Source: Chrysomallon squamiferum
Taxonomy: Eukaryota; Animalia; Mollusca
Assembly: GCA_012295275.1 (NCBI GenBank)
Contig: CM022670.1
Coordinates: forward strand, 15,500,001-15,564,000
DNA length: 64,000 nt
Direction: 5' to 3'
Part shown: positions 28,224-42,971 of the stretch, in pieces
Layout: the number at the start of each line of letters is the position of its first letter
Numbering within the stretch: position 1 is the first letter of the stretch
The notes under the pieces: generated by a model
What the model was told of the DNA's origin: nothing
Database searches by the model: none
The model's input: only the letters and a program-made list of their open reading frames with translations
Position numbers and translations under genes: made by a program

Positions 28224-30285
28224 GTAATTAATTAGGAAATACTGTATTGTTTTAAAATATAATTGAAACTGGTTCAAAAGAAGGCGTTAATATATGGATG
28301 AAAGATACACACTGGTTTTTAAAGGAATGAAATATGAATGGATCTGCACGCATAACGTAAACTTTGCACAGATAATTTAATTATATTTTTATACAAACGT
28401 TTTAATAGACAGACAATTTTTGCATTTCAGTTCATTGTTCAAAACTTATACATTTGACATGTGCAATTTTATTTTTATTCTTATTTTTACTATACTATAC
28501 TATACTTTATTTATTTTTATTTTTAATTTTAATTTTTTAATTTTTAAAATTTTATTTCTATTTCTATTTCTGTTTTAATTTTTAAAATTTTATTTCTATT
28601 TCTATTTCTGTTTTTATTTTTATTTGATCTTATCTTATCTTATCTTATATTTAATTTAATTTAATCGCCTGTTGTAATGCGAGGTAATTATTGTCTGCAC
28701 TAACTCTCTTGTCGAGCCATCTCGGGAGTCAATAATTAGTGAGTTCTGAAACGTTTAGTTCCGAGAAACTGGCACTTGCTTTGTAATGAAGACATGTCGT
28801 ATGTTACAGAGACCTGCATATAGTAGGCTGCTGTTACAGTAAAATGATCCTTTGCAAGGGTGAATCGTTTGGGTTATATAACACTGGCTAGCCAACTTGT
28901 ATTAAGTTTCAACCGGTGCGTTGTCCGCTCGCAGGTTAAGAAAACCGAAAAACTGTACAAGTTTAATCTGAATGAAGTCAAAATATTTTTATTTATTTAT
29001 TTATTCGTTCATTCGTTCGTTCACTCGTTCGTTCATTTATTCATTTGTTACTTGTTGGATCATCAATATTAGATTCGGGTACATTTTGTTAAATCGGGTC
29101 AAGGCCGTAATGGATGTCAAGAAGAATAATTCAAGTATTAATTCAGACGTTAATAAGAATGATTAGATCAGAAAAAATAAATAAATAAAATAAATATTCA
29201 GTTCATAGCATTTATTCATCTTGAAAAAGCAATGTATTATCCAGGTAGTTTAATTAGTGGTCAACCCTAAAATAAGTATTCCGAATGAAGAATATACTAT
29301 GGAAGGCAGGTTCTGATAACGTGCATACACCAATTTAAGTGAAAAATTCCGCACCATAAGAATTTTAAAAAGCCAGTCGAATTTATTTAGAACATTGTAA
29401 AAGGGATGCGTAACATTGTAAAAGGGATGCTGTCAAGGTTTCTGCTAATTGAATTTAATTTTTCTGAATGAGATAACTGTCTACAGTGATAGGGTGAAAT
29501 TTCATAGCGTTTGCTAAAGCACGTTGATATTTTAGTACAACGGAGTAATGTCCCTTAGATCGGTAAACATTGACTTCTCGTTATCCTACCGAATCATTAT
29601 TACATTTAAATCTAAAACAATATTAAAATTACATTTAAAAATAGGTATATAACTGCACAAAACACCGCTAGAAAATTTTAAGACGCCACTTGTTTTAAAT
29701 CTGGCAAATAATGTCAACAAAAGATTCATTGTAAATAAGAATGCTTTTGAAGTAGGTTTAAAGGAATCTTTAATATTTCACACGCGCACAGACACACGTA
29801 GAGAGGCGTATATCATTTTGTATTTTATTTCTTAATGTGAAAAGCAAGTTTAAAATCACATTTTAAAATTTATTTATTCAAACTTAGTGTGCAAATAAGA
29901 GCATATATATTTAAAAAAAAAAAATCAGCAAAATGTCAAAAATAGTGAAGTATGGTACATTAACGAAAGATTCATGATTTTATTTTAATATTTTAAAATA
30001 ATTCACGCTTCTGAAATTTTTTTTCTTTCAAAGATTTATTAGATGAGCGTATTTTACAGATCAACACAAATAATATCGTAGTAGAGTCAGATAAACAGCT
30101 GATCACCCTGTCCAGCGTGACAACTATGACATGACTAAGTAAAAATGTTTTTCAGTCATTTGTCTACGTCATGTATGTTTTCACTGGTGTACGTGCCGCA
30201 AGTCGTTTATATTTTCGATAGGTGCGCAGAATAATTCGAAGGCGTGTTCAATAAAATAAGACTTAGTCCGCCCTTTGGTACTGCA

Positions 30286-30329
<44 letters not shown>

Positions 30330-30563
30330 CCTCCAAAAATTAATAACTGAAGATAAATTTGGGTGTATATGGAAGGAACTATTTTTTATTTGCCATATTA
30401 TTTTAAAATAATGCATAGGTCGACTTATTTATCAGGGATGCGAGTTCAATTCCTTTAAAAGGAAAAACTTACAAAAACAAATAAAATAATATTATACTTG
30501 CAGTTAAATTTTCAAACAGATATTTTAATTTTAATTTATTTAGCGATTTCCATGTAGTAACAA

Positions 30564-30612
<49 letters not shown>

Positions 30613-31067
30613 ATTAAGTAGATGTTTATTTTCAACAATTTTATTCCCAGCCTTTTATAATAAATTTTAAATCCTACAATTATTAGACGTCTAATTATTA
30701 TATAGACAAATAATCACATGATTTTCCAGCCATTTTCCCTGTTTTATGGCTATGACTAAGTATGTAAATTTAACGTAATTACGAAAGTAAGAAATTCCCC
30801 CAGGGGCCTTTTGAAGTAGCTAGTCACGTCTGGAGAAACAATTGTCTTGGCCACCAGTTTCTCAAGGTTATTCATGTTGACAACTGTCGTTAGAATTTAA
30901 TCATTACATTAACTATTATATTTTTCATTTCCAAGGTATCTTTTCTCCTTGAACACAATATCGCAATATCGCTTTAGTATGATGAAACACCGAGTTTAAT
31001 GTGTCCGTTCATGTACTGCACTAGTGTGTACCTTTCGCATTCCAAGACCCACCCGCTGCCCACTGAT

Positions 31068-31274
31068 GTAAACAATGACTTGTACTGACAAATAGGCCAT
31101 CTTACAACCACGTGCACCAAACCCTAGGAATCACTCTCTGATCATATGATCACTTAAAGATGATTGGTCAGACCAGCCTTGCCCCCATTTTTCATTGGTT
31201 AATTCTTCCCCGCCCTCGCCTTCAATTTGTGTTGATAGTGTAGTCATATGAAATGGAACGAAAGCTTTACGTCA
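31068..31274 (+). promoter_or_regulatory. KLF10/11 proximal promoter motif cluster
   Basis: GTAAACAA (Fox) at 31068-31075, CACGTG at 31109-31114, two inverted CCAAT boxes (about 31163 and 31194), CCCCGCCC GC box at about 31207-31214, TTACGTCA CRE-like at 31267-31274, directly before the ATG at 31297. Confidence 0.65.
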
Positions 31275-31296
31275 GGTTTTTTGAAATATACGAAAA

Positions 31297-34200
31297 ATGC
31301 GAGAAGATTCAAACTCCTGTTCGCCATATTCTCCAGACAGCCCACAAATAATCGAAACGGTAAGACATATATATATTTAGCATTCGCTGCTTTGTATTAT
31401 TTTTAGATATATATTTATATATGTATATATAATTTATTTTTTAACAAAGAAAGTGTCGGCCGATAAACAAGATTTTTGAAGCCTTGGGATTTTTGTATAG
31501 TCATATTTATAAATTACGTTTACCGGAAAAGTATCAGTCTGATAAGAACGAATGTCTACAGAGCTTATTTTTTACATTTAATTTTTAGAAATCCATTCGG
31601 TGTTTATGATTTTGTTTATATTGATGTTACTGCGACAACTTCATTCGGCAAATCAGCTGTTTGCGGAACATTAACATACTTATTTTTATTTACCGAAAAT
31701 ATTTCCTTTCATAGAGGTTTTAACACAGGAGTGTACAAATAAATGCAAACATCTATAAATGACTGAAAACTGTGAGAGAAAAAATTATATTCAGCAACAT
31801 ATTTTACGAAGTTACCAGCGCACTAAAATAATCAGGAAATAACAGCTAACGCCGATTTGTTTATTTTTAAGTAGGTCACTTGGGTTTTTGCTGTTTTTGG
31901 TGTAAATAAATTTACCTCGGTAATTCGAGGTATTATTCGCACTCAAGTGACTTCTGTGGAAAGGTGCACGCACTCTGCGAGTGTGATTGGAAGATGAGTT
32001 GTGCAACATTAGTTCTTGCGCGTCTGTTGCCAGTGAAGCACGCACGAACCGCGTGCTTGCCTTGCCGACATACTGTTGACAGTCCAAAGGTCGGCTGCTT
32101 TGCAAAGGGGTGTGGTTTCTTGCTTTTCGATTGAAACAATTTAGCTTCCTGTCTGGCAAATCATGTAATTTCCAGTTATAAATTGTACGAAATGCATAAT
32201 TACGACCTGTTTTTATTTTACAGAATATTTTATCAGTGTATATTGAAATAAATAATAAAAATAATGTTGACCGTAACCAATGAACTCTTCAATGACTCAC
32301 ATATACGGAAATGCTGTACAATCACGTGTCTGACCTTGCCATATTTGGAAAGTTTACACACACTAAGCACGTGGTTGTTTCAGTTAAACGCATACGCAGA
32401 CAGTTGAAATAAATAAATAAACAAATAAGTAAATGTAAACAAAAGGACAATCCACATTGTGGTTAAGCAGTTCTTCATTCAAATGAAATACACAATAGCA
32501 AAGCCTGAATAAAAGATTGTTGTTTCTTCAGGAAATAACGGGAGGAAAGTTTGTGCACACTAAGAATGAATTAGTAGTTTATACTGTTTAAAAATAGGTC
32601 ATCATTTCACTAAACAAACAAAAACAAACAAACAAAAAATGTATTGTTAACATTCATTCAGAAATTATTTTTAATACCAAGTATCGTGTGTAAGTTACAG
32701 TTGTAACGATAATAAAGATATAAAGGTAATTTGCATGTGACAGTTTGAAAATGTTTCATTTTATATATATATACACACAAATCAATAAAATTTTCAGTGT
32801 AGTTACATTTGATTCATTTCATAAACATGCAGTTTTTGAAAACAAAATTTAATTCAAATTAATTTATTCCTCTAATTTAAAAAAAAGAAAGAAACTATTT
32901 AAATTTTATTAATTTTAATCAAATATGATATTTAATGTGACATGATATATTAAAATGATTTGAAAACAGGACAGAGAAATGGTGCTGCGAGGTGGTCGAG
33001 CTACAACCTGCACTGACCCCATGGAACGCGATGCTGTCGAGACGTTGTTGTCCATCGGTAACAGTCATCAGAAACCAGTGATTGATGATTACGTGTTACG
33101 CCCTGGGAGACTGACACCCCCCTATTCCACGGGATCAGCTTCACCCCCTTGTTCTGATGATGGTTCTGACATCACATCAAGTAATGACGGACTGCAGGAA
33201 CCAAAAACCACAAGAGATTCCAAACTTGCACGAGTGAGCATCAATATATTTTGTAATAATGCAGTTACTTCCATTTTTTTTTTTTTTTTTTTTTTTATTT
33301 TTTTTTTTTTTTATTTTTTTTTTTTTTTTTTTAAAAATATATATGCAACTAGATTAATATTAGCACATAAAACTAAATGACTGATTTATTTCTGTTACAT
33401 TAATTGCAGAGTTACAGGTTAAATTTTGTTATAAACTGTAAACAGTTTTATCATGTTTAACTCCCAACAGTTTTTATATGTGAACTATTTAAAATACAGA
33501 AGGAAGTAAATTAATTATTTGAGGTCATTCTTTCTTTTCTTTTTTTTTTTTTTTTCAAAATTTAAGTTCAGTTTTTTTTTTTTTTTTTTCTTCTTTTTTA
33601 GCTTTTGCTGGAACATCCCATTCCTAAGATCAGTGTGGCAGGATTTGGATGGCAGGCAGCCAGTGCCTCATCACTGACAAAGACCACCCCTCCTCAGAGT
33701 TCCAGTGTTCCAGTGATTATGCCACCAAGAAAACGCAAATACCCACCAGAGCTTTTCGAAGGCAACAAGGACACAACCAGCTGTGTTGTGAGGGATTCGC
33801 TTACGCCACCAGAAAGTCCACGCCTCACTTCTGCACCCACGCTGCAGACACCACCCGACAGTAACAAGAATTCCCAGAAACCCGACCACAATCACAAGCA
33901 CCCTGTGCCGTCTGCTCAGCCTCCTGTTCACCAGAACTTTTATCGTGAGACAGAAGAAATTCTGAAATCGAATGGTGAATTTAGACATGAACCTCTCCGT
34001 GCTCCTCAGGGACAGTTTCCCCTCATCGTTCCAGCTCAGTCTGATCTGTCCAGGGTGCAGGGCCAGATACCCACCGCTGGTGCAAACTGTTCAGGAAATG
34101 TGCCAACTTTTATTTCCGAACAGAAATTTCCTGGGAAGAGTGCAGAAGCAATACCACAAATCAAATCTCAGATTCCCATTCTGATGCCGCTGAATCAGGC

Positions 34201-35065
34201 CCCCATTGTTCAGGTGTTTGTGCTCGGGGCGGGTGCTGTGGCGCCGCCCCGCAAGGACCACTTCGTGAAGACAGACAATTACTGTGCAATAGCGCCTGCT
34301 CCAGTGATACCTCAGTCCGGCTCGCAGACTGACGACACGTTCAGTGGCGACATGAAGCGTCGACGCAGCCACGCCTGTCATTTCAAAGATTGTGATAAAA
34401 CGTATTTCAAAAGTTCTCACCTGAAGGCACACATTCGTACTCACACAGGTAGGATTTCATTTTACATGATGTTAGAGAAATAAAAATGATCATTTAGGTT
34501 ATCTTCTAAATTTTAGACTTTTGCCATGCTACAGAAAGAGGAACTGATTGTTGTTTTCACAGCTTTTGTAAAAAGGCAGCGTGTCCTTTTCTCTCTGTAA
34601 TTGTTCACTTCTTTATTTATTTATTTATTGACATTTTTAATGTTTAATTTATATTTGTTTTCTGAAGAAAGAATAAACCTTTGACATTGGCAGTGTTACA
34701 GAAAGAGATATTCATTGTTCATTTCGCAGTATTTGTCAGAATTTTATAACTGAAATTAAACAATCATATACCATTTTTTTTTTTTTTTTTTTTCATTATG
34801 ATTAAATTTTGATTTCCGTGTTTCAGGAGAAAAGCCATTTGTTTGTAACTGGGAGTTGTGTCTGCGCAGATTTGCGAGATCTGACGAGTTGTCCCGACAC
34901 AAACGCACACACACAGGTGAGAAGAAGTTTGAGTGTGGACAGTGCAACAGAAAGTTCATGAGAAGTGACCATCTGAACAAGCACATGAAGACTCACACCC
35001 TGAACAAGAAATCTCCAAACTGGCAGACAGAACCACACGAAGATAACAGTGTTTACGTATGGTGA
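31297..35065 (+). CDS. KLF10: Kruppel-like factor 10/11 (TIEG/cabut-like), 470 aa, 4 exons
   Basis: Phase-consistent exons 31297-31359, 32970-33233, 33602-34448, 34827-35065 (1413 nt). Sin3-interaction-like [23 protein letters not shown]; three C2H2 fingers with [32 protein letters not shown] and FMRSDHL typical of KLF10/11. Exon 1 is less certain than exons 2-4; likely pro-ortholog of both vertebrate genes. Confidence 0.92.
31967..32055. promoter_or_regulatory. Two ChoRE-like (E-box-N5-E-box) elements with an intervening CCAAT box, KLF intron 1
   Basis: CACGCA-ctctg-CGAGTG (31967-31983), ATTGG (31986-31990), CACGCA-cgaac-CGCGTG (32039-32055), compared with consensus CAYGYG-N5-CRCRTG. Confidence 0.5.
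32293..32373. promoter_or_regulatory. Immediate-early-type enhancer cluster in KLF intron 1
   Basis: TGACTCA (AP-1) 32293-32299, CACGTG 32323-32328, TGACCTTG nuclear-receptor half-site 32331-32338, CArG CCATATTTGG 32339-32348, CACGTG 32368-32373, all within 81 bp. Confidence 0.55.
34568..34690 (+). repeat. About 120-bp element in KLF intron 3, copy 1
   Basis: tgtaaaaaggcagc...taattgttcacttc...(ttta)n ttgacatttttaatgtttaatttata; a diverged direct copy lies at about 36683-36820. Confidence 0.75.
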
Positions 35066-36682
35066 CAGTGTCTACACCCATCCTACCATCTGTGATGGCA
35101 ACACCTTCAGTTACATCAAAATGAATATTCAGTTTTTTCAGGAAGTGACAGTTGCTACAGATACAATGCTTAACTTGAGACCATTTTTATTTATATATTC
35201 TAGTCTAAAACATTACGTTGCCAACAGTCTTTAAAACAATATAGTCTGAAGATGGTGTATTTAAGAAAGAACACAAATCATTTTGTGTGTGTTAATGTTG
35301 ATTTAGTAATACAAAAAGTAATTAATAAATGGGAGAAAGTTTAAATTATGTTCAGGAAAAGTTTACACAAGCTTTTCTTTTTTTCTTTTCTTTTTTTTTG
35401 TCTCCATCCTTGATGTTAATATTTTAGTTAGCATTTTAATTTATATTTTCTTCCATGAAATAAGAATTATTTTGTATTTATAGTTGGCTTATTATTGTAA
35501 CATGACATTCTGCCAGTATCGTAATACACAAACATTGTGCCCCATATCATAATACACAAATACTGGTGGTAAATGTTTATGAGATGACACAGACTCATCT
35601 TCATCAAATGTCCCATTAAATTATTTTTCTTTGAACCAGTATTCCACAACTGGTCTATCAAAAGAGGTGGCATGCACCGTCTAAAAGTGCATGTAAAAGA
35701 TATCTTGTCAGAAAAACAGGATTTATCCAAATAGGTTTTTACTTTCGTTAAACTAACTAAAATCTTTCTTTAAACGAAGTCCAAGGACTTTGAGAGGGAA
35801 ACAAGAAGACTGAAGTTAAAACTTCATAATTAAATATTTGATTTTTGTATTTCATGTTTACCAGTTGTCTTTCAATTGATTGTCAATGAAGTTTATATTG
35901 ATTATAATTTATTGTTTTCAATGTTCAGATTGACATTTTATTTTTGTACTTTGTACACAGAATGTTTTGTTGCTGCCTGTTTATGGAGTTTTTATTTCAC
36001 ATTTGTCAACCAGCAATGTTACCTTACCACTTAATTTATATATTTTAACTTTCATTTTAATGTGCAGTTGACCTGCATTTAAAATATTGTAATTAATTTT
36101 GTGTACAGCTATAAGAGAAAAAAACCCAGCTAGATAGATGTAATTATTTGTGTTTGTTGTAGATATTAAATAACTGCATCTTGGTGATAGTAAAATAAAT
36201 TCCTTCAGATTTTATTATGTAAATGTGGGAAATGTACACATTTAGATAAGTTACAGAGAAAACAATATGCTTTCTTTTTTTTTTTTTTTAATTTAATAAT
36301 TAAACATTACTGATGGTCTTATTAGTTTGTAAACAAACTACATGTTAAAGCATCATCATTGGAAAATACCAGATTATATAATCATTATTTTAACATTAAC
36401 CAAACTGGGACTGCACAACTTCACATAGCTCAAGGCTTACTTAGGTCTAAAGTGTGGCCCTGGGTTATGTATAGTTCATTATTTGAAACAGAGATTTATG
36501 CAGAAGGCAAGTAAATAGATTGTAAGAAAATCTAGTATTTTTGGGGTTTTAAATAAAGTAACATAAATAATAATGTTAAAAATGAAAATGTGTTGTCTTT
36601 TTAAAGAAGCATGTAATTAAGAAACTTCATATAAATGTGTATGTAATGTCTTAACTACGTATTGTCCAGCACTTGAACCATA

Positions 36683-36820
36683 TGTAAAAAGGCAGCATAT
36701 CTTTTTCTCTGTATAATTGTTCACTTCACTTCATTATTTATTTATTTATTTATTTATTGACATTTTTAATGTTTAATTTATACTTGTTGTTTAAAGAGCA
36801 AATTTAACCGTCAGGCATTG
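36683..36820 (+). repeat. Copy 2 of the KLF intron 3 element
   Basis: Same blocks in the same order as 34568-34690. Confidence 0.75.
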
Positions 36821-37621
36821 CCTTGTGTACCTATTAAAATGATTTGTCAGTAGAAGTATACTGACTGCTAAAAATTATGGATTCAATACTGAACGTGATC
36901 ACAGCTTCTGTTTTTGTATTTTATTTATTGTGCATCGACTTTAATTAAATGGTGATATAAAAGAAATTTATTTGAGGTTTTTGTTATTTCATATATTTTA
37001 TTTATTTATTTATTATTATTATGTTCTTTTTTTTAACAGATTATTTAAATTGTATTAGGAGGAAGAAATAAAACAACTATTTTTTCTTTCTTTTTTCCAT
37101 GTTTAATAAATGAAGACAGACAGAATCGTAATTATAATACTGATGTCGCAGTTTCCCGTTAATCATCAGTGTTCTCCAGCTGTTCACATATGTTGACGCT
37201 AAATCTAATTTTTAACTCTGAATGGGTGCATACGCAACTTTACAAATACCAAGATACCGGGTGTTTGAGATTCTGTGAGGGACACACACACATCAGTTTT
37301 GCTATCACTGTAATTATGTGAAAGCCCGCGTTTTTCTCGGTGCCTTTGTTGCTAGTAGTGAGACCCGCGTGCGTTTTCTCTGCTGTTGTGCCGTGGTTCG
37401 GAAAGGTGAAACAACTGTAGTGAACTTTTGACTCGAGATAAACATGGCCCCTGGACATCTCTGATTACGTGTTTTGTGACATCGTCTGGCAAACAGTGAT
37501 TTGCTGTTTGAAATAGGGTCCGCTGCACGAAATTAGATGTAGAAATTTTGAAATACAACTTTTTGTTAGCCCCGTTCAAGTCCGATAAGAATTTTTGTAC
37601 ATATTTCTGATTTAGAGGTTA

Positions 37622-37652
<31 letters not shown>

Positions 37653-40322
37653 TTTTGCAGTTCAAAGGTTAAGTCAGTTATCCATCATAACAGAAGGAAA
37701 CCGAATCTGGCTGATTTTTTTTTTTTCTTCTTCTTCTTCTTCTTCTTCTTTAATGTAAGAATTATTAATCGTTTTTGTACGTTTTAAACGGACATTCCAC
37801 AGTCGTCACACTTGGGTAAGAGGAGATAAATAAATGACCGTTTCACCCCAGTGCATGACCTTCGAGAAACGAGTTTCTGCTTTCACGCATCAAACGTGTC
37901 AGAAACAGATTCACTTTCATCTTGACTATTATGGCTGTTTCAAATAACAATATTTATTTCTCAGTATTGAGGTTCGTACATTTCGTTTATTTTCTGTATA
38001 TGTAAAACAAGATGATTTTAACATTCTGTTTGAAAGTAATGACTAAAGACCATCATTTTATTTATCAGCAAAACCATATTTTATTTGTTTCATCTCATTT
38101 CATTTCATTTTATCTTATTTTATTTTATTTTTTTTTTTATTTTATTTTATTTTATTTCATTAAACCTCAAAATTGGCTAATACATATGTTCTCGTGACAT
38201 GTATCCTGACCTAGCTATTTTTATTATTTTCCTCGTGTGTATATTTTATTTTCAAATACATTATCCCGTATTAAGGGGAAACAAATAAAAATAAATAAAA
38301 TAAAAAAGAGAAAGAAACAATGTACGGGATTCATTGTCCGCGTGCCATTTATTTAAATATAGTAATATATAAATTTTGTACCAAACACAAAGAAGAAAAT
38401 AAAGTACGAGTGGGATTATATGGTATCGACTTTTATGTGTTAACGTATGTGCATTACATTAAATATCATATGTTAGTTAAAACGACCTCCGTAAAGAAAT
38501 GTGATTCATGTCGTGACCGATATGATTTACGTAACTGTCTACGCGCGCGCACTGCGGCGTTAGACTTGCAAATATTAAATAACTGAGTGGCTGTATGACC
38601 GACCGACTGACTGACTGACTGTCCGTCCTTGGCTGTGCACCCTCCTCTCCAAGTCACGTTTTTCTTCTGTTCGAATATTACACCAGCATTTCTGACCCGA
38701 GTGGCACATATCAGCATTTGTTTAAATAATGATAAACTGATAATAATGGACTACGAAAATAAATATGAAAATGAGTTGTAACGTGGAATATGGAATATTA
38801 CTATTATTAGGACACTCGTAATTCATTTTTGTTACTCGTTACCACCCATTGTTTTATTGTGAAACGTTTTATTTTATTTTATTTTATTTTATTTTATTTT
38901 AATTTAATAATAATAATAATAATAATTATTATTATTATTATTATTATTATTATAAAAACCCCACAAAAATAATTAATTAAAACAACAACAACAACAACAA
39001 CAACAATAATATAGTAAATCATCTAAATGTATTAGACACAAAGCAAACTACGCCAAGAACACGTGAAAGACGTTTTAACCTTCATCGCATTTCAAACTAC
39101 TGAATGACGACTAAGTGACCCGTTTCTTTTTTTTTTTCCTTTGAATCCGATTAGGCCTATTATCCTGTAATGTTTTAATTTGTGTGCATTGCGGCATCAG
39201 GCTAGGTTCTTTTTGACATGTGTCGTGAGAATATTTACAACTATTCTTACATCTGTCTGTTTTAACTCGCATATTACGTAATTTATGGAAAGACGAACAC
39301 GAAGGAGAATCGTGAAAAGATAATACTGTAACACCGTGACATAATTATATTGAATATTTGACACTACAACGTGCAGACCTAAGGATAAAGTCTGTTTCAG
39401 CATAATTAGGTGAAGAAGCTACGAAGTGTTTTTTTTTGTAAAATGTATTTATCAGTCTGTTAGATTATCTTAACCATTTCAAGTACCTATGGCGTTATAT
39501 AACGTGATTAGAACAAGGATGTGTCCAAAATTATTTATAATAATAATAATAGTTGTAACAGTAGTAGTAGTAGTAATAAAAATAGGAGGAGAAGGAGAAG
39601 TAATAAATAAATATAATGTGAGACTGGCTGTATGAAACTGAAGATGAAATCAGTTTTATTAGATAAAAAAAAAAAAAAAAAAAAAAAAAAATCGATTGCA
39701 AAACAACTGCAAGATAAACATGGGCGCATTACAACAGCTTTTTGTGCTACATATGATTTGCAAGTCACGAGCACTTTATAATTATCTCTTGTATCAACAC
39801 AAATGCACTGAATTACGTAGTACACCTGTACGACTAGAGTAGGTTAAATACTGACATATATAATGTTCAAAAGTGGAATATGCATCGTTGTAATGTTCTC
39901 TTTTTTTTTTCTTCTTATTATTACTGCATTTACTTGGAGGTTTATGCCTCGGGCATAACAACCAACTATATAATAATAATAATAATAATAATATAATAAC
40001 AGTATTTTATCAGTGTGTAAAGGTACTCTTGATAAAATGTTCCTGTCCTTGACTATCTTGAAGCACCTCTTGAACTAAGGGCCAGACAAGCTTACGAAGT
40101 CTTCTGCGCTGCACTTTACGGGTTTTTATGTCCAATAACCGGGTGCAAATGTTAAAAAAACATTACAAGTCTATATTTAAACCATACGGGGCTTTCCAGC
40201 AGTATGGGTAGTGCTGATGTTAATATTACATGTGCAGTTAATGCATATAACGTCATTTGTTGGACACGTGATTAAAGAACAAGCCAGTCTTAAACTAACT
40301 TTGCTGCGATATAAGCTAATTA

Positions 40323-40378
<56 letters not shown>

Positions 40379-41269
40379 TACGACCAGTTACATAAAAATT
40401 TTATGAAATTTTACTGCATTTGCAATAACGTGATCTGATCTCATCCTGATTAAATTAGATTGTCCATTAGATGTGTCATATACATTTAAAGGGTGAAATA
40501 AATGAAGTATAAAAACAGCGACGTTTCGTTTTTAATTAATGAACAGTTGCAGAAAGTTAAATAGGATTCATGTTTGTTTATTATTTCAGGATATTTAATA
40601 TAAGCTCTGTTTACTTAATTTATGTCTGAAAATACATCAGAACATATATAATAATTATTTTACACCATAAACTTGATTGCTAATTTTAAAACGTGAATCT
40701 CGATAATTCGTGAATGGACTTTAACCAATGCACACTGACCTAATTTTTTTTTTCTTTCTTTTTTTTTTTTTTTTTTTTTTTTCATTTGCTATAAATAAGT
40801 GCAGAGTCCTGATACTATAAATTCTTTCCGCCCTCTAATACACGATTTACTACTGAGTGCAAATTCAGATAAGCTACTTAATTATTTTGTTGTTTTTACA
40901 TGCAATGGCCGTTAATCTCCAGTATTATGTAAGGTATGTTTACTGAGAATCGCTAAGTGGACAATACGATGCGAGGTAGTTTACAGTCATGTTCTGTGTT
41001 AGTATTTTAAGACATTTAAAAGTTACATTCCATTAGAAGTGAAGCCTCTAGGACAGCAGTAACAACAACTACAGCAGCAGCAGCAACAACAACAACAGTA
41101 ATAATAACAGTATTAATAATAATAATAAATTATACAAATATTGTTTAATTTCATCTCTTTACAACATTTCAGTAATAAATTAAAAAAAATAAACAAAATA
41201 AATAAATAGTATGTGGGTTAAAAGGCACAAAATTAATTGTATTTAAAATTTTCCAGCGATTAAGATTGC

Positions 41270-41433
41270 TATGTATGTATGTATGTATGTTTGTATGTAT
41301 GTATGTTTGTATGTATGTTTGTATGTATGTATGTATGTATGTATGTATGTATGTATGTATGTATGTATGTATGTATGTATGTATGTATGTATGTATGTAT
41401 GTATGTATGTATGTATGTTTGTATGTATGTATG
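41270..41433. repeat. (TATG)n microsatellite
   Basis: About 40 near-perfect tetranucleotide units. Confidence 0.95.
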
Positions 41434-42769
41434 TAAATAAAAATCTAAATGAGAAAAACGACGTCAAATAATATTTGATCTGATTATTTCATCATGGTTC
41501 AACGAGCGTGGGAGGTGGCGTGTCTCACATTTTTGATGTTAGGAGCGAAGCTGATATCAGCCCAAGGCGTTGTCAAACAGGAATGTCAAAGTTTAGATCA
41601 CGTAGGACGAGGCGAGGCTTTCTGAACTTCAAAGCAGACATTTACCTTATAAACAGGATTTCAGTACTAAGTGTCGTTAAATACTGCCACTACTAATAAT
41701 AATAATACAACAACTACTACAACTAATACTGCTATACCACTACTAATGTTACTACTGCTACAGCTACTAAATACTTCTGTTATTATTTTATTATTATTAT
41801 TACTATTATTATTATTATAATAACTAAATGTTAGCCAATAAAACAAAATATGTTTTATTATATACCTATTATAATAACAAATGTTAGCACAATAAAAAAC
41901 AAAATATGTTTTTTACCAGTGGTTGAGTGGTTGATAAATCAGTTATGTGGAACAGGAAATAATTAACCTCGAGCGATTTACTTCAGTTTCACATTAACCG
42001 AACAAAGATAAAGCTATAGTGCTTATATATATACTTAACTGAACACGTCAGTAGACTGCTTCTACTACAACTACTACTATTGCTACTACTACTACTACTG
42101 CTGCTACAGCTACTACTACTGCAGCTAATACAACAGACACTTCAATTCGTCGTTGATATGACAAGAAAAATTGATGTGAAAAAAGAAGAAAGCGAAAATG
42201 GAAGAAAAAGAAAAAGAGCGAGTGAAATTAAAATGAAAGAGAGGAAATCATTTTATCGATTAAACTAAATATACGTGTGCTATATTTTATTTATAATTGT
42301 AAATGTATGTATAATTACATATACATGCAAACCAACAGGTACTACTTCTAACCATCCATCGATCCATCCACCTTTGATACATACGTGCATCCGTTCATTC
42401 ATCTATCCGTCCATACATACTCACACAAGCACATACATACATACATACATGCGAATATTCACGTCTGCGGACCTGTTAATGTGTTTGATAGGAATTTATT
42501 TAGTGAATATAAATGGGTCAGGGTTGTCCTCTATAAAGTTCTGAAACTGAAGGAGTTGCTGCGTTGCCTCACTGCACATGAAGGCCATGTACTTAACTGT
42601 TTGCACTGAGAGGTACGCTCAGTGAGCTGGCTTTTCAAAACCGACATTGCTTTTATTCTCTGTTAATATCCGAGTGGCCCATATTGAATGGGAACACTTA
42701 AATAACTTTTGTGCCAACAAAAATAGCTAAGAATATCAGAGGGAGATAAAATTAGGTGACTAGAGCCCT

Positions 42770-42813
<44 letters not shown>

Positions 42814-42971
42814 TTAAAAACAACAACAACAATGACAATATTATAATAATGAACGAATAAGTATATAAATGATGTTTTTTAAAAAAAAAAAAAAAAAAAA
42901 AATGCATAGCCTGTGAATAGCGAACATTTTCATAGCTTCCCATGTCAAATCGAATTAAGTACGATACTTAA

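Noticed and set aside
33649-34444. Overlapping and antisense ORFs within KLF exon 3
   Set aside because: Shadow frames of a GC-richer coding exon with no motifs.
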